Numbered from the stretch's first letter, positions 1-10,594 are shown. The stretch is 64,000 nt of DNA from Candidatus Poribacteria bacterium (GCA_963663765.2 CAXXUA010000015.1:64001-128000); one strand, 5' to 3'. The notes: generated by a model not told the origin, from the sequence alone. Translations and numbers: made by a program.

Positions 1-115
1 TACGCAGTTTTCTTGATTTAATCAAGAATTATGATGAAAATGATGCATTTATCAGCGTTTTTATGGGTTTACAGCGCGCTTACAAAGCACGCCTACAGTT
101 TTTACGTAAGTCCTG
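1..115. mobile_element. MITE family A copy, left TIR cut by window edge
   Basis: Ends in CGTAAGTCCTG; body matches the other family A copies, with REP hairpin gcgcgcttacaaagcacgcctac. Confidence 0.8.
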
Positions 116-181
116 ATAGTCATACAGCAAGTCCTGGTGTGTAAATATTTTAGCAATTGTTAGTTCATTACTAAATATTAG

Positions 182-303
182 CAGGACTTACGTAGTTTTC
201 ATGGTTTGATGAAGAATTATGACGAGAATGGTGTAAATTTCAGCATATTTTCGGTTTCCAGCGCGCTTACAAAGCGCGCCTACCGTTGGGTGCGTAAGTC
301 CTG
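182..303. mobile_element. MITE family A (TIR CAGGACTTACG, 5-bp TSD)
   Basis: CAGGACTTACG...CGTAAGTCCTG flanked by ATTAG at 177-181 and 304-308. Confidence 0.9.
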
Positions 304-467
304 ATTAGATTTGAGTTTTAGTAGGCAGAGAGTGTCCACAATCTTTATAGGGATACCCAAAACCCACAAGGACGTTATACACTGATCAGACAGTATGAAT
401 GGAATCTAAGATTAAAATAATGAAAAAAATAAAACTAAACCTTATATAGGCAGATGAAATAATATCC

Positions 468-508
468 TTGAAAAACATAGAAAAATATACTATAATTCTA
501 TTAGAATT
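468..508 (+). promoter_or_regulatory. Sigma70-type promoter with overlapping palindromic operator candidate
   Basis: TTGAAA-17-TATAAT (468-496); perfect palindrome AATTCTA-T-TAGAATT at 494-508, upstream of the regulator gene. Confidence 0.55.
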
Positions 509-531
509 CATTTTTATAAGAGGTTGTTCTT

Positions 532-1194
532 GTGAATTGCGAAATCAGCGAAACCCGTATGCGAATCCTACAGTTATTAAAGATGCGCTGTAGCATGAGT
601 GTGAGTGAACTGACAGAGGCTTTGAATATTAGTGCTATGGGGATTAGACAACATCTTTCTATTCTTGAGGAAGAAGGTCTTGTAGAATATCAACGTGTAA
701 AACAGGGACGTGGACGGCCGCATCATCGTTATACATTAACAGAAGAAGCGAACAGTCTTTTCCCTACCACTTATGCTAATTTTGCAGTTGGTTTGATGCA
801 AGAGGTAGCAAAGTTCAATGGTCCAGGTTTCATCAATAAAGTTTTTCGTAGTCGTATGAAATCGCAATTACAGATGTATCAACAACGACTGACTGGCAAA
901 GACTTACTTGATCGCATAAAAGAACTTACCCAGATACGTGATGAAGAAGGTTATATGGCTCGTTATGAAGAGAAGGATGAAGAATTTGTGCTGATAGAAC
1001 ATAATTGCCCAATTGCTGCGATTGCTCAGGAATATCCTCATGTTTGTGAGATAGAATTAGCCCTTTTTCGGCAATCATTAGGTACAAAAGTGTATCGCGT
1101 AGAACATCTGATGCAGGGTAGTCACAGATGTAGTTACTGCATTCCAAAATCTGAAAGTAAAAATCAGAATTTGCAGTCACTTTCAATTAAATAA
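532..1194 (+). CDS. SufR-like HTH transcriptional regulator (Fe-S sensing type)
   Basis: N-terminal wHTH with GRGRP motif; C-terminal EHNCPI...HVCEIE...CSY cysteines. Confidence 0.8.
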   Translation: MNCEISETRMRILQLLKMRCSMSVSELTEALNISAMGIRQHLSILEEEGLVEYQRVKQGRGRPHHRYTLTEEANSLFPTTYANFAVGLMQEVAKFNGPGFINKVFRSRMKSQLQMYQQRLTGKDLLDRIKELTQIRDEEGYMARYEEKDEEFVLIEHNCPIAAIAQEYPHVCEIELALFRQSLGTKVYRVEHLMQGSHRCSYCIPKSESKNQNLQSLSIK

Positions 1195-1217
1195 TCCAAC
1201 CAGAATTAAGGATTTCG

Positions 1218-1832
1218 TTGAATCCAAAGGTTACTGCAATGTCCGATGAGAAAGGCAGACGTGACTTTTTCAAGGAAGCTTTCCAGCAGATCATGAAACC
1301 TGTGGCGGAATTCGTTGACGACAGAATCGGCGATCAGGATCCTGTATATGATCTCAACCGTGTTATATTGAGACCACCGGGGGCTTTACCTGAACCTGAA
1401 TTTTTAGATAAATGTCTTCGGTGTGGTAATTGTGTAAAAAACTGTCCTGCTGATGCTATTCTACCCCTACAACACCGTGATCCTACTTTAGCAAATACCC
1501 CATTTATTGACCCTGATGAACAACCTTGTGTGATCTGTGATTCGTTGGCGTGTATGTTTGTTTGTCCGAGTGGTGCATTACAAACTGTGCTTGCTGAGGA
1601 CATTAGAATGGGCCTTGCGATATTCAATGTTGACACATGTCTGCGGTCAAATTCGGTTGATTGTACCTATTGTGTGGATAGTTGTCCTATTGGCAATTCC
1701 GCGATTAAGCTCACACCTGATGGAATGGTAGAAGTGATTGAACCTGGATGTACTGGATGCGGGGTTTGTCAGTACGCATGTCCGACAGATCCGAAGTCCA
1801 TTGTGGTAGAACCGTATACACTTTCCGCTTAA
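1218..1832 (+). CDS. 4Fe-4S polyferredoxin, NapF/NapG/MauM-like
   Basis: RRDFF, LRPPGA, CLRCGNCVKNCP, CTGCGVCQYACP motifs. Confidence 0.85.
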   Translation: MNPKVTAMSDEKGRRDFFKEAFQQIMKPVAEFVDDRIGDQDPVYDLNRVILRPPGALPEPEFLDKCLRCGNCVKNCPADAILPLQHRDPTLANTPFIDPDEQPCVICDSLACMFVCPSGALQTVLAEDIRMGLAIFNVDTCLRSNSVDCTYCVDSCPIGNSAIKLTPDGMVEVIEPGCTGCGVCQYACPTDPKSIVVEPYTLSA

Positions 1833-1836
1833 CGTC

Positions 1837-2367
1837 ATGGTATTTATTACCCAGATTCTGTTACAAACTCCAGTAAACCCTCAAAGTCTCCGCGATATCA
1901 AACCCCCTTTGGAAATTACCGAAAACCTCCTCTCCTATTACTTTATTGGTGTTTTCTTGCTGGTAATTGTTGGTGGTGTAATTTGGTTGTATCAGAAAAA
2001 ACGCAATTATAGGAAACCGTCTACTATAGTTGATGAAGTTATTCCGCGTCCACCCCATGAAATTGCACTTGAGAAGTTGAGAATGCTTGAGTCTTCTTCG
2101 TATGATATGTTTACTTTCCATAAGCGTATTTCCTATGTCATTCGTGAGTATATTGCGCTACGCTTCCAGATACCGGCATTGGAACTGACTACTACTGGTA
2201 TTGTACAATGGATGAACCGGAAACAGATTGATGATTCAATCATTGAACGTACACATGAGTTTTTTATCAATTGCGACCATGTTAAGTTTGCAAGACATCA
2301 ACCTAAATCCACTGAAGCAGAAACAAGAATGGTTGACGCTATGCGGTTTATTAATGAAACGAAATAA
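1837..2367 (+). CDS. Single-pass membrane protein, BatD/DUF4381-like
   Basis: LRDIKPP, one TM helix, PHEIALEKL, ALELTT, DHVKFA motifs. Confidence 0.65.
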   Translation: MVFITQILLQTPVNPQSLRDIKPPLEITENLLSYYFIGVFLLVIVGGVIWLYQKKRNYRKPSTIVDEVIPRPPHEIALEKLRMLESSSYDMFTFHKRISYVIREYIALRFQIPALELTTTGIVQWMNRKQIDDSIIERTHEFFINCDHVKFARHQPKSTEAETRMVDAMRFINETK

Positions 2368-2530
2368 CATTGAATAATTTTGTTAACGAATATTTCAAAC
2401 AATGTCACTCAAAGAATTGTCCAAATTATAGTTCTCAGATCAGGCGCTGTGGATTTCTAAAGAATGGGAACAGTTGACAATGATAAGACACGGTGGCTCA
2501 GTTCTACAACGCATGATGTCTCATTTGCTG

Positions 2531-3562
2531 TTATTCGTTTAGGTCCCATAATCGGAGTGTACCGTCCTCACAGCCACTTGCGAGTGTGTTACCATCCGGA
2601 TGATACGCTATTGACCGGACAATATCCGTATGTCCTGTGAGTGTGCGAATAAGATTACGCGAATTGACATCCCATAAAATGATTGTATTGTCATGACTTC
2701 CACTTGCGAGTACGTTGCCATTCGGACTAAACATTATTGACTCAACACCATCCGTATGCCCTGTGAGTGTGTGGAGATGTGTACCCGTTTCAGGATCCCA
2801 TATACGGATGGTATCGTCAGTACTGCTACTGAAGATTGAGTTTCCATCCGGACTATATGTTACTGTAGTGACAAAACTCTCATGCCCTGTGAGTGTGCGA
2901 AGATGTGTACCCGTTTTCACATCCCATAACCTTATGGTGCGGTCAAAACTACCACTGACGAGTATGTTACCATCCTGACTAAACGCTACGGACGACACTC
3001 CGGCCGTATGTCCTGTAAGTGTGTGTAGATGTGCACCTGTCATAGGATCCCATAAACGTATGGTGTTATCACCACTACCACTGGCGAGAGTTGCACCATC
3101 CTGACTAAATGCAATGCTAATAACCCCATCCGTATGTCCTATGAGTGTGCGTAAATGCGCACCCGTGTTAGGATCCCATAGCCTGACGGTTTTATCCCAA
3201 CTGCAACTGGCGAGTGTGTTCCCATCAGGATGAAACGTTACGGTCAAAACATTGTGCGTGTGTGCTGTGAGTGTGTGGATCACTGTACCTGTGTTTGTAT
3301 TCCATAACCTAACAGTGTAGTCCCTACTTCCACTGGCGAGTATTGTTCCATCAGGACTAAATGTTACGGACGAAACACTGTCCTCGTGCCTGTCGATTAT
3401 TCCAGTGAAAATTTCATCGGGTGGTGTTGGTTGTTGTGTTTCATCGGGTGGTGTCGGTTGTTGTGTTTCATCGGGTGGTGTTGTGTCAACACTATCATCC
3501 GCACCACAACCCATAATAGTAATGGAGAACAGAAAGGTGATTATATAGATAATTCTTTTCAT
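2531..3562 (-). CDS. WD40-repeat lipoprotein (7-blade propeller)
   Basis: Lipobox-like IMGC; seven GH..V.S..FSPDG..LASGS.D.T.RLWD repeats. Confidence 0.92.
   Translation of the reverse strand: MKRIIYIITFLFSITIMGCGADDSVDTTPPDETQQPTPPDETQQPTPPDEIFTGIIDRHEDSVSSVTFSPDGTILASGSRDYTVRLWNTNTGTVIHTLTAHTHNVLTVTFHPDGNTLASCSWDKTVRLWDPNTGAHLRTLIGHTDGVISIAFSQDGATLASGSGDNTIRLWDPMTGAHLHTLTGHTAGVSSVAFSQDGNILVSGSFDRTIRLWDVKTGTHLRTLTGHESFVTTVTYSPDGNSIFSSSTDDTIRIWDPETGTHLHTLTGHTDGVESIMFSPNGNVLASGSHDNTIILWDVNSRNLIRTLTGHTDIVRSIAYHPDGNTLASGCEDGTLRLWDLNE
3412..3482 (-). repeat. 27-bp coding tandem repeat (TPPDETQQP x ~2.6) in WD40 linker
   Basis: tttcatcgggtggtgt units start at 3412, 3439 and 3466. Confidence 0.85.
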
Positions 3563-4083
3563 ATTTTTTCCTTTTTTGTTTCAAATCTATTGAAGATAAT
3601 AAACGTTGCTATAACACGGTCATTATGTCAATTTAGAGTTACACGTTCCACCATATAAGACACAAGGATGAAGTTCCTGTTGCACTTTCCCAGCTATATT
3701 TCAGATATTTTCCATGTCAGAACGGAAAAAATTTTCAACACACAAGATGAGATACACATGAATCCGCACACCAGGAGTTATTTGAAGATAAATACAAAAG
3801 GTACATACACGAATATAAAAAACATAGAGTGTTCTAACATATCAAACCTCAAAACAAACCACTGAATGTCATGAGTAGTTCATTTAATGTTCTGCTGGAG
3901 AAACTAAAAGTCATAATAATGAATTTGGGAATGCTTGTCAAGTGTATTATTTTGGTCTGACAGCAGGTTTATTTTTTGTGAATGAAAATTATCAGGACTC
4001 ACGCAAAAACGGTAGATAGAGAATTTGGGTTGAAAACCCCTCCTACAAGAGTACACAATAATTGAATATCTCTGATCAGTAGT

Positions 4084-4698
4084 GGGTGCGTAAAGTTTTT
4101 GCACAGAGGTACTAACTTTTGTTCTCTTTAGTCCCGTAGGGACGCAATGTTTATAGAAAGACGTTATCACATCCCCTCTCTTTAGTTCCGTAGGAACGGC
4201 ATAGAAGGATAAACATATCGTCCCTACCAAATCAACGCCAAATGCGCGTATGGCATTTGTCGGGACTAAAAAGACGTGGGGATATGTATTTCTATAAACA
4301 TATCGTCCCTACGGGACTGAAGAATATGGTTAATATTAACAATATTTCTTTATATTGACACCTAATGAAGTTTGACCATCAAAATCGGTAGTTGTATTCG
4401 TAGGGGTTGGGTTCCCCAACCCGTTTGTTTCTTGAGTTTGCGTAGATCATTTGGGGAAACCACGCCGCGACGAATACACAACTTGAACGTCAAAACTCAT
4501 TAGGACTCTGTGTCCACAATCTCTCATTTAATCAGTTGCGGCGGGGCGCAGAGACTCGGGGAATGCCTAAAGAAGCATGCGCGTATGGCATGCTCCATGA
4601 TTCATACCCGGGGAATGCCAAAAGGCATTCATACCTTTGATTTCTTGATTTCGCCCTACAATGGAGAGTGGGATGTTGTGCAAAAACTTTACACACCC
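4084..4698. mobile_element. Non-autonomous ISKra4-type element containing nested REP/MITE units
   Basis: GGGTGCGTAAAGTTTTTG...CAAAAACTTTACACACCC match the TIRs of the IS at 24335-25792; 9-bp TSD ATCAGTAGT at 4075-4083 and 4699-4707. Confidence 0.88.
4361..4504. mobile_element. MITE family F with internal REP doublet
   Basis: CCTAATGAAGTTTGAC...GTCAAAACTCATTAGG inverted ends enclosing gtaggggttgggttccccaacccg. Confidence 0.6.
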
Positions 4699-4997
4699 AT
4701 CAGTAGTGAATATGACTTGATTTATACTGATTACAGTGTTATAATGCAAAAAAGTATAACATACAAAGTGACCATGTTTTAGATTCACATAGGTTACATT
4801 TTAGAATTTATTTGGGTTTCATAAACTTTTTGGTCTGTATCGTAAACGAACAGATCATACGTATCGTTATCTGTAGAAATCAACAATAGCATAGTAAACT
4901 GTAAACGAAAAAAGGGTGTATTTCAAAAACTCATTGGTGTGGGTCTTGATAGATAAAGAAGAGAACATGAGAATAACAAGCAAGTGAGGAATAAATT

Positions 4998-5777
4998 ATG
5001 AAACGCGCAATACATGGCACAATCTTAATTGTAGTGGTGTTATTGTTTTTTCTTGGAATCATGAGTAAGGAAAGTGACGCAGAAGTTACAAGTTTGAAAA
5101 TAGAGATTTCGGATGTCGTGAGTTTTAGGGATGCAATACAGATTAGACGTTTGCTTGCTCCGTGGGCAGACCCAGAAGATATTACCTTCCATACGCCTAT
5201 AGGTAAGAATGGGAAGAAAAGAGTGTTTACGACAGTCGTTGAAATAAAACCGAGATCTGGAGTATCTAAATACCGTGAGACACATACTTTTGATGTCTAC
5301 AACATTACGCGTCAGTTGAGGGATTCACGTTATCGGGGTCGGCACGGATTAGGACAAGTTCGACTTTTGAAGACTGAAGCAGAAATCAGAGGTGACATGT
5401 TTACACATCCTGGTTTCTCACGTGGCGGTATACGAGAAATACCTGCTTGGGCGCGTTGGAGACCGCAGACTTCCGAGATACATCATGCTTTAAGTGTAGG
5501 TCGTAGCGGACAGAATTTCGTCTTTAAGTCAACTCCTGAATTTGATCAACTTCGGCATGATGTTGTGAATAATAATAATAATAAGGTAGAAATACAGGGT
5601 GAGATTACCGGTTTTGATGGTCCGTATCCGATCATGCGTGTTCGTAGATATAAAGTCGGTTTTCGCGCCAAACAGCAATCTAAACCTACTGAATCACAAC
5701 CGATGAATGGTGAGCAACCCTCTGAGGAGCAAAAACCGAAGTACGACTATATTGAATTTAATCAACCAGATCGGTAG
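4998..5777 (+). CDS. Hypothetical exported protein
   Basis: GAGGA RBS, hydrophobic N-terminal signal/anchor, 259-aa ORF. Confidence 0.7.
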   Translation: MKRAIHGTILIVVVLLFFLGIMSKESDAEVTSLKIEISDVVSFRDAIQIRRLLAPWADPEDITFHTPIGKNGKKRVFTTVVEIKPRSGVSKYRETHTFDVYNITRQLRDSRYRGRHGLGQVRLLKTEAEIRGDMFTHPGFSRGGIREIPAWARWRPQTSEIHHALSVGRSGQNFVFKSTPEFDQLRHDVVNNNNNKVEIQGEITGFDGPYPIMRVRRYKVGFRAKQQSKPTESQPMNGEQPSEEQKPKYDYIEFNQPDR

Positions 5778-5792
5778 TAATGGCCTTTTACG

Positions 5793-6067
5793 CAGGACTT
5801 TCGCAGTTATCTTGATTTAATCAAGATATGTGATGAAAATGATGTAATTATCAGCATTTTTATGGGTTTTCAGAACGCTTTCAAAGCACCAAATCAAGAA
5901 ATCAACGGTATGAATGCCTTTTGACATTCCCCGGGTATGAATGCCTTTTGACATTCCCCGGGTATGAATGCCTTTTGACATTCCCCGGGTATGAATGCCT
6001 TTTGACATTCCCCGGGTATGAATGCCTTTTAGGCATTCACCGCCTACCGTTTCTGCGAAAAATCTTG
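5793..6067. mobile_element. MITE family A copy expanded by a 27-bp tandem repeat
   Basis: CAGGACTTTCGCAG left end and degenerate right end; ggtatgaatgccttttgacattccccg units at 5907, 5934, 5961, 5988 and 6015. Confidence 0.8.
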
Positions 6068-6117
6068 GTATTATTCTGTGTATTTTGGTTATAGACTCAC
6101 AGTGTGACGGAATAGTT

Positions 6118-7269
6118 TTATGCTTGAAAGCCACCAGTGTTAAACAAGACAATTTGATCAGAAGGATTGATTATACCTTTTTCCAATAGTGGATTGAGTG
6201 CAGCGACTGTAGCTGCACCTTCTGGACAAGTGAGTAAACCTTCTGTTGTAGGCAGTACTTGCATAGCATTGTGTATTGCATTGTCCGAGACTGCAATTGC
6301 AGCCCCCTTACTCTTGCGAACTGCTTCTAATATCAGAAAGTCCCCGATCGCTTGTGGTACTCGCAAACCGCTTGCGATTGTTTGTGCATCTATCCACGGT
6401 TCAGCAGTTTGCATATCCTTTTCCCATGCCTTTACAATAGGTGCACAACCCGCTGCTTGAACAGAGATGAATCGTGGTCTTTTTTTGCCTATCCAACCGA
6501 TTGCTTCCAATTCGTTAAACGCTTTCCACATTCCAACTATTCCTGTACCGCCACCTGTTGGGTATACGATAACATCAGGTAGTTTCCAACCAAGTTGTTC
6601 CGCGAGTTCAAACCCCATTGTTTTTTTACCTTCCACACGATATGGTTCTTTTAGCGTGGAAACATCAAACCATCCGTTATCTTCTTTTCTTTCAGCAACT
6701 ATCTTACCTGCATCTGTGATGAGACCATCAATCAAGGTAACATTTGCCCTCGCAAGTTGACATGTCTTTATATTAAAGGAGGGTGTATCCTTAGGCATAA
6801 ATATGTGTGCGGGAATACCAGCACATGCAGCATAAACTGACAAGGCAGTTGCTGCGTTTCCAGCAGATGGTATCGCTAAGTTTTTAATTTCAAGCTCTTT
6901 TGCTTTTGAGACAGCCATCGCCAAGCCTCGTGCCTTGAAACTACCAGTCGGTAAACGGGATTCATCTTTGATCCAAAGTTCTGGCAAACCGAGTTGATTA
7001 CCCAGTCTTTTTGCATGAACAAGAGGTGTAATCGTTTCAGCAAGAGATACTATGTTTGTAGTATTACAGATTGGTAGAAGTTCGCGATAACGCCAGAATG
7101 ATGGTTCTCTGGCAAGGAGTGAATTGGGTTTCCAAGTATTCGTTAATTCATCAAGATTATATCGCGCAAACAACGGTTTTCCACATGAATAGCAAACGTT
7201 TTGGGGTTTCTCATGAGGATAGATTTCTTTACATTTGCTACATTCAAGATGTTGTAAATAGTGCTTCAT
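6118..7269 (-). CDS. thrC: Threonine synthase (PLP-dependent)
   Basis: CSKC/CYSC N-terminus, PTGSFKARG (PLP lysine), PSAGNA, YPTGGGTG, CPEGAA. Confidence 0.88.
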   Translation of the reverse strand: MKHYLQHLECSKCKEIYPHEKPQNVCYSCGKPLFARYNLDELTNTWKPNSLLAREPSFWRYRELLPICNTTNIVSLAETITPLVHAKRLGNQLGLPELWIKDESRLPTGSFKARGLAMAVSKAKELEIKNLAIPSAGNAATALSVYAACAGIPAHIFMPKDTPSFNIKTCQLARANVTLIDGLITDAGKIVAERKEDNGWFDVSTLKEPYRVEGKKTMGFELAEQLGWKLPDVIVYPTGGGTGIVGMWKAFNELEAIGWIGKKRPRFISVQAAGCAPIVKAWEKDMQTAEPWIDAQTIASGLRVPQAIGDFLILEAVRKSKGAAIAVSDNAIHNAMQVLPTTEGLLTCPEGAATVAALNPLLEKGIINPSDQIVLFNTGGFQA

Positions 7270-7330
7270 GCTAAGTATTACTTGGGTGTAATTGAAACTG
7301 TCAGAGTTGAGTGAGATCACCACTGATTTC

Positions 7331-8425
7331 TTATTCTGCAGTCAATGATGTCCCTGTTTCTGGATGGAATAGATGGATTTTGTCAACATCAAAACTGACT
7401 GTCAATGATGTGTTGTTTTGTGGTAATGTTGATTGGTTCGTTTGTACAACAAAACTGTTTTTCTCAGTTCGTAGATAGAGGATGGTGTGATTTCCAAGTG
7501 GTTCAACAAGTTCTACATGCGCTTGAATCTGATTGTTACCATTACCGTTAACATGTATGTCCTCTGGACGGATGCCGAGTGTAACTGAGTTTTCTGAAAG
7601 TTTACTTAGACAAGATTGCATTGCATGATTCATATCTACCGTAAACTCCTCAATCCTCAGTTTAGAAGTGCCTCCGTTTTTTTCAATGTGAGTGTTAATC
7701 AAGTTCATCGGTGGCGTGCCGATAAAACCAGCAACGAATTTGTTAGCGGGTTTGTGATATAGTCTACTTGGTTTCGCAATCTGTTGGATTTTCCCCTCAT
7801 TGAGCACGACAATCTGATCTCCCATCGTCATTGCTTCAACTTGGTCGTGTGTGACATAAACAATCGTAGCATTGAGCCGGTCATGTAGACGACTAATTTC
7901 CATCCGCATTTGAACACGTAGCTTTGCATCAAGGTTGCTGAGTGGTTCATCAAATAAGAACACTTTTGGTTGTCGAACGATTGCTCTACCGACAGCGACC
8001 CGTTGACGTTCACCACCTGATAGTTTTTTCGGTTTGCGGTTCAATAAGTGCGTTATACTAAGTATTTCTGCTGCTTCATTTACACGTTGATCAATTTCGG
8101 TTTTAGGATATTTGCGGAGTTTCAATCCAAACGCCATGTTCTTGTATACCGTCATATGCGGATAGAGTGCATAGTTCTGGAAGACCATAGCGATATCTCT
8201 ATCTTTCGGGGGGATGTCATTAACGTGTTCGTCATCAATATAGATATCGCCTGAGGTAATCTCCTCAAGTCCAGCGATCATTCGCAAAATCGTGGATTTA
8301 CCACACCCCGATGGACCGACAAGTACAGTAAACGATTCATCGGGAATGTGGATACCTGCTTTATCAACAGCAAGAACATCACCATCATATATTTTTGTGA
8401 TGTCTTTCAATATGACTTGTGCCAT
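7331..8425 (-). CDS. Sugar ABC transporter ATP-binding protein, MalK/UgpC type
   Basis: GPSGCGKS, LSGGERQR, FLFDEPLSNLD, C-terminal TOBE region. Confidence 0.95.
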   Translation of the reverse strand: MAQVILKDITKIYDGDVLAVDKAGIHIPDESFTVLVGPSGCGKSTILRMIAGLEEITSGDIYIDDEHVNDIPPKDRDIAMVFQNYALYPHMTVYKNMAFGLKLRKYPKTEIDQRVNEAAEILSITHLLNRKPKKLSGGERQRVAVGRAIVRQPKVFLFDEPLSNLDAKLRVQMRMEISRLHDRLNATIVYVTHDQVEAMTMGDQIVVLNEGKIQQIAKPSRLYHKPANKFVAGFIGTPPMNLINTHIEKNGGTSKLRIEEFTVDMNHAMQSCLSKLSENSVTLGIRPEDIHVNGNGNNQIQAHVELVEPLGNHTILYLRTEKNSFVVQTNQSTLPQNNTSLTVSFDVDKIHLFHPETGTSLTAE

Positions 8426-8483
8426 TGTTCATCCTTTAGCAGATTTCTTGCGTTGAGAAATACGTAAATATGGGTCGGAAGAT

Positions 8484-8936
8484 CTACTTTTCTGCATTAA
8501 ACATCAAAGGTGTAAGAACAATGATAAATGGGATAATGAATATCAATGAATTTCTTGAGAGAAACGTTAATATATTGTCTTTTTTTCTCATTTTGATACG
8601 GTCAAAGATATCACCGCCGGGAGCAAGGACCTTAGATTTACCAACCCTCTCACCATACCCATCCTTAGAATAACTTACTGTGTAACGGCCAGCAGGTAAA
8701 TTCGCTAATTTGTACTCACCCTTTTTATCAGTTTGGGTAGTATATTCTTTTTCTGTCGCTAAAGATACAACTGTAACATTAACTCCGGGAATTGGATTTA
8801 ATTCAGGAGTTGTATCAACGACTGCACCTCTTATTGTTCCCCCGTTTACAGCCTTTACTTGTGCTGTCGTACTGCTATTTCCTAACAATATTATAAAAGC
8901 AACTAACATCAAGCTAGTAGCGTTACGAATAATCAT
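8484..8936 (-). CDS. Carboxypeptidase regulatory-like domain membrane protein
   Basis: Signal peptide; GTIRGAVVD...PIPGVNV...TDKKGEY...LPAGRYTV; C-terminal TM helix. Confidence 0.8.
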   Translation of the reverse strand: MIIRNATSLMLVAFIILLGNSSTTAQVKAVNGGTIRGAVVDTTPELNPIPGVNVTVVSLATEKEYTTQTDKKGEYKLANLPAGRYTVSYSKDGYGERVGKSKVLAPGGDIFDRIKMRKKDNILTFLSRNSLIFIIPFIIVLTPLMFNAEK

Positions 8937-10594
8937 TCTGTTTTCTCCTCCTGCTCATTTTCTGAGGTTATTTCTTGCTTTTCTGTTTCAGTTGAATTTG
9001 GTTGTTTTGCGAGGTTTTCCTTCACCAATTCTGCAACTGCAGTTTCAACATCAAAACCCCCGATACTCGCTGTTCGAATAGTACCTTCACCGTCAATCAG
9101 AAAAGCAGTTGGAATTCCTTTGACCCCAAATTCAGTTCTCACTTTACGGTCTTCGTCCCAATAATGAACCCACCCAAGTTCCTCTTTCTTAATGTAATCT
9201 TCAAGAGGTTGTTTAGTCTTATCAAGACTGATTCCGATAATCTGAAATTTCTGATCTTTGTGTTCTTGGAATGTCTTTTTGAGTTTTGGCATTTCTGCGA
9301 TACAGGGACCACACCATGTAGCCCAAAAATCAAGTAGTACAACTTGTCCACGATAGTCTTTCATTGATAGTTTATTGCCACTGATGTCCTTCACTTCTAA
9401 ATCAGGAACTTTTTTTCCAACCCATGCTTGCATTTTTTCCCTAAGTTGTTGCATTGAAATCGGATTCTGGGTTGTAGTTTCTTTTTTCTGTATCTTTAGT
9501 GCAGGTACTGACTTCATTTGTGTGCCTTTTGTAGGTAATTTGGATTCTGAGATAGCCGGTTTCGTAATATTCTCTTTCACCAATTTTGCGACTTCAGTTC
9601 CGAGTGCATCCCCACTAAGATTAGCTTTTCGGACAACACCTTTACCATCAATGAGAAACATTGATGGGATATCACTCACTTTATACTGCTGTGCAATTGA
9701 TTGGTTATGATCCCAATAATGTATCCAATTAAGACCTTCTTTTTTAATAAACGTATCAAGTTTTGTCTTTGAACTATCTAAACTAATCCCAATTATCTCG
9801 AATTTTTGATCTTTGTGTTTTTCATAAGTACGTTTCACGTTGGGTAATTCTGCGATGCATGGTCCACACCATGTAGCCCAAAAATCAAGGAGTATCACTT
9901 TTCCGCGATATTTTTCTAATGAGAGTTCTTTACCTTTTAGGTCTTTTACTTTAAAATCAGGTGCAGGTTTGCCTATTAAATTACTATTAGGACCTGCACT
10001 GACACCATCAGGTGTTGCCAATTTCCCATTTCTTTCAGACCTTTCCAGTATAAGAATCTGTTTTGCCTGCTTTGCATAAGATTTAGACCCAAATTTTGGG
10101 TGTTCTATCAGTTTGTTATAGATTTCATCAGCTTTATCGTGTTTACTCAGTTTGTCAAAAGCTAATCCTAATTCTAACAGACTGGGTTGGACATAGCGTG
10201 CATCAGGATGGTCTTTGATAAGTTTTTCAAAAGCCTTGATACCTTCTTTCACAAGTTCCATTCGGATATATCCGTTGCCAAGATAATAATATACCTCGTC
10301 AACACGTTTGTATTTAGGGAACATTGTGACGAAATTGTTTGCCTTATTAACTAAAACTGCTAAATCTTCAGGATCGTTTTCATTATTCAGTTTTTTGTAT
10401 ATAGCTTTTATTTCTTGATATGCAAAATTAATTTCTGCAGAAACTGCTTCTGTCTTTTCTGAAGTAGGTTCTGCGTGTATGGAATTGTTACTTAATCCAA
10501 TAGCCATAAGAATCACAAGTAAACTTAAACCTTTTACACATGAATTACACACATATTTTCTAATTTCGGTTGTTTTATAATGTAAATCCATCAT
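8933..10594 (-). CDS. TPR + tandem TlpA/redoxin-domain protein
   Basis: Signal, TPR helices, two DFWATWCGPC thioredoxin-like domains. Confidence 0.9.
   Translation of the reverse strand: MMDLHYKTTEIRKYVCNSCVKGLSLLVILMAIGLSNNSIHAEPTSEKTEAVSAEINFAYQEIKAIYKKLNNENDPEDLAVLVNKANNFVTMFPKYKRVDEVYYYLGNGYIRMELVKEGIKAFEKLIKDHPDARYVQPSLLELGLAFDKLSKHDKADEIYNKLIEHPKFGSKSYAKQAKQILILERSERNGKLATPDGVSAGPNSNLIGKPAPDFKVKDLKGKELSLEKYRGKVILLDFWATWCGPCIAELPNVKRTYEKHKDQKFEIIGISLDSSKTKLDTFIKKEGLNWIHYWDHNQSIAQQYKVSDIPSMFLIDGKGVVRKANLSGDALGTEVAKLVKENITKPAISESKLPTKGTQMKSVPALKIQKKETTTQNPISMQQLREKMQAWVGKKVPDLEVKDISGNKLSMKDYRGQVVLLDFWATWCGPCIAEMPKLKKTFQEHKDQKFQIIGISLDKTKQPLEDYIKKEELGWVHYWDEDRKVRTEFGVKGIPTAFLIDGEGTIRTASIGGFDVETAVAELVKENLAKQPNSTETEKQEITSENEQEEKTE

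Noticed and set aside
6100-6150. Frameshift at the thrC 3' end (NTGGFQA versus FKH in another frame)
   Set aside because: Possible, but cannot be told from a naturally short C-terminus without homolog alignment
5817-6152. ORF with GIHTRGMSK repeats, and similar ORFs at 3904, 4510, 12787, 21566, 23086, 27916 and 49537
   Set aside because: These are translations of MITE/REP DNA recurring in non-coding contexts, without RBS or protein features
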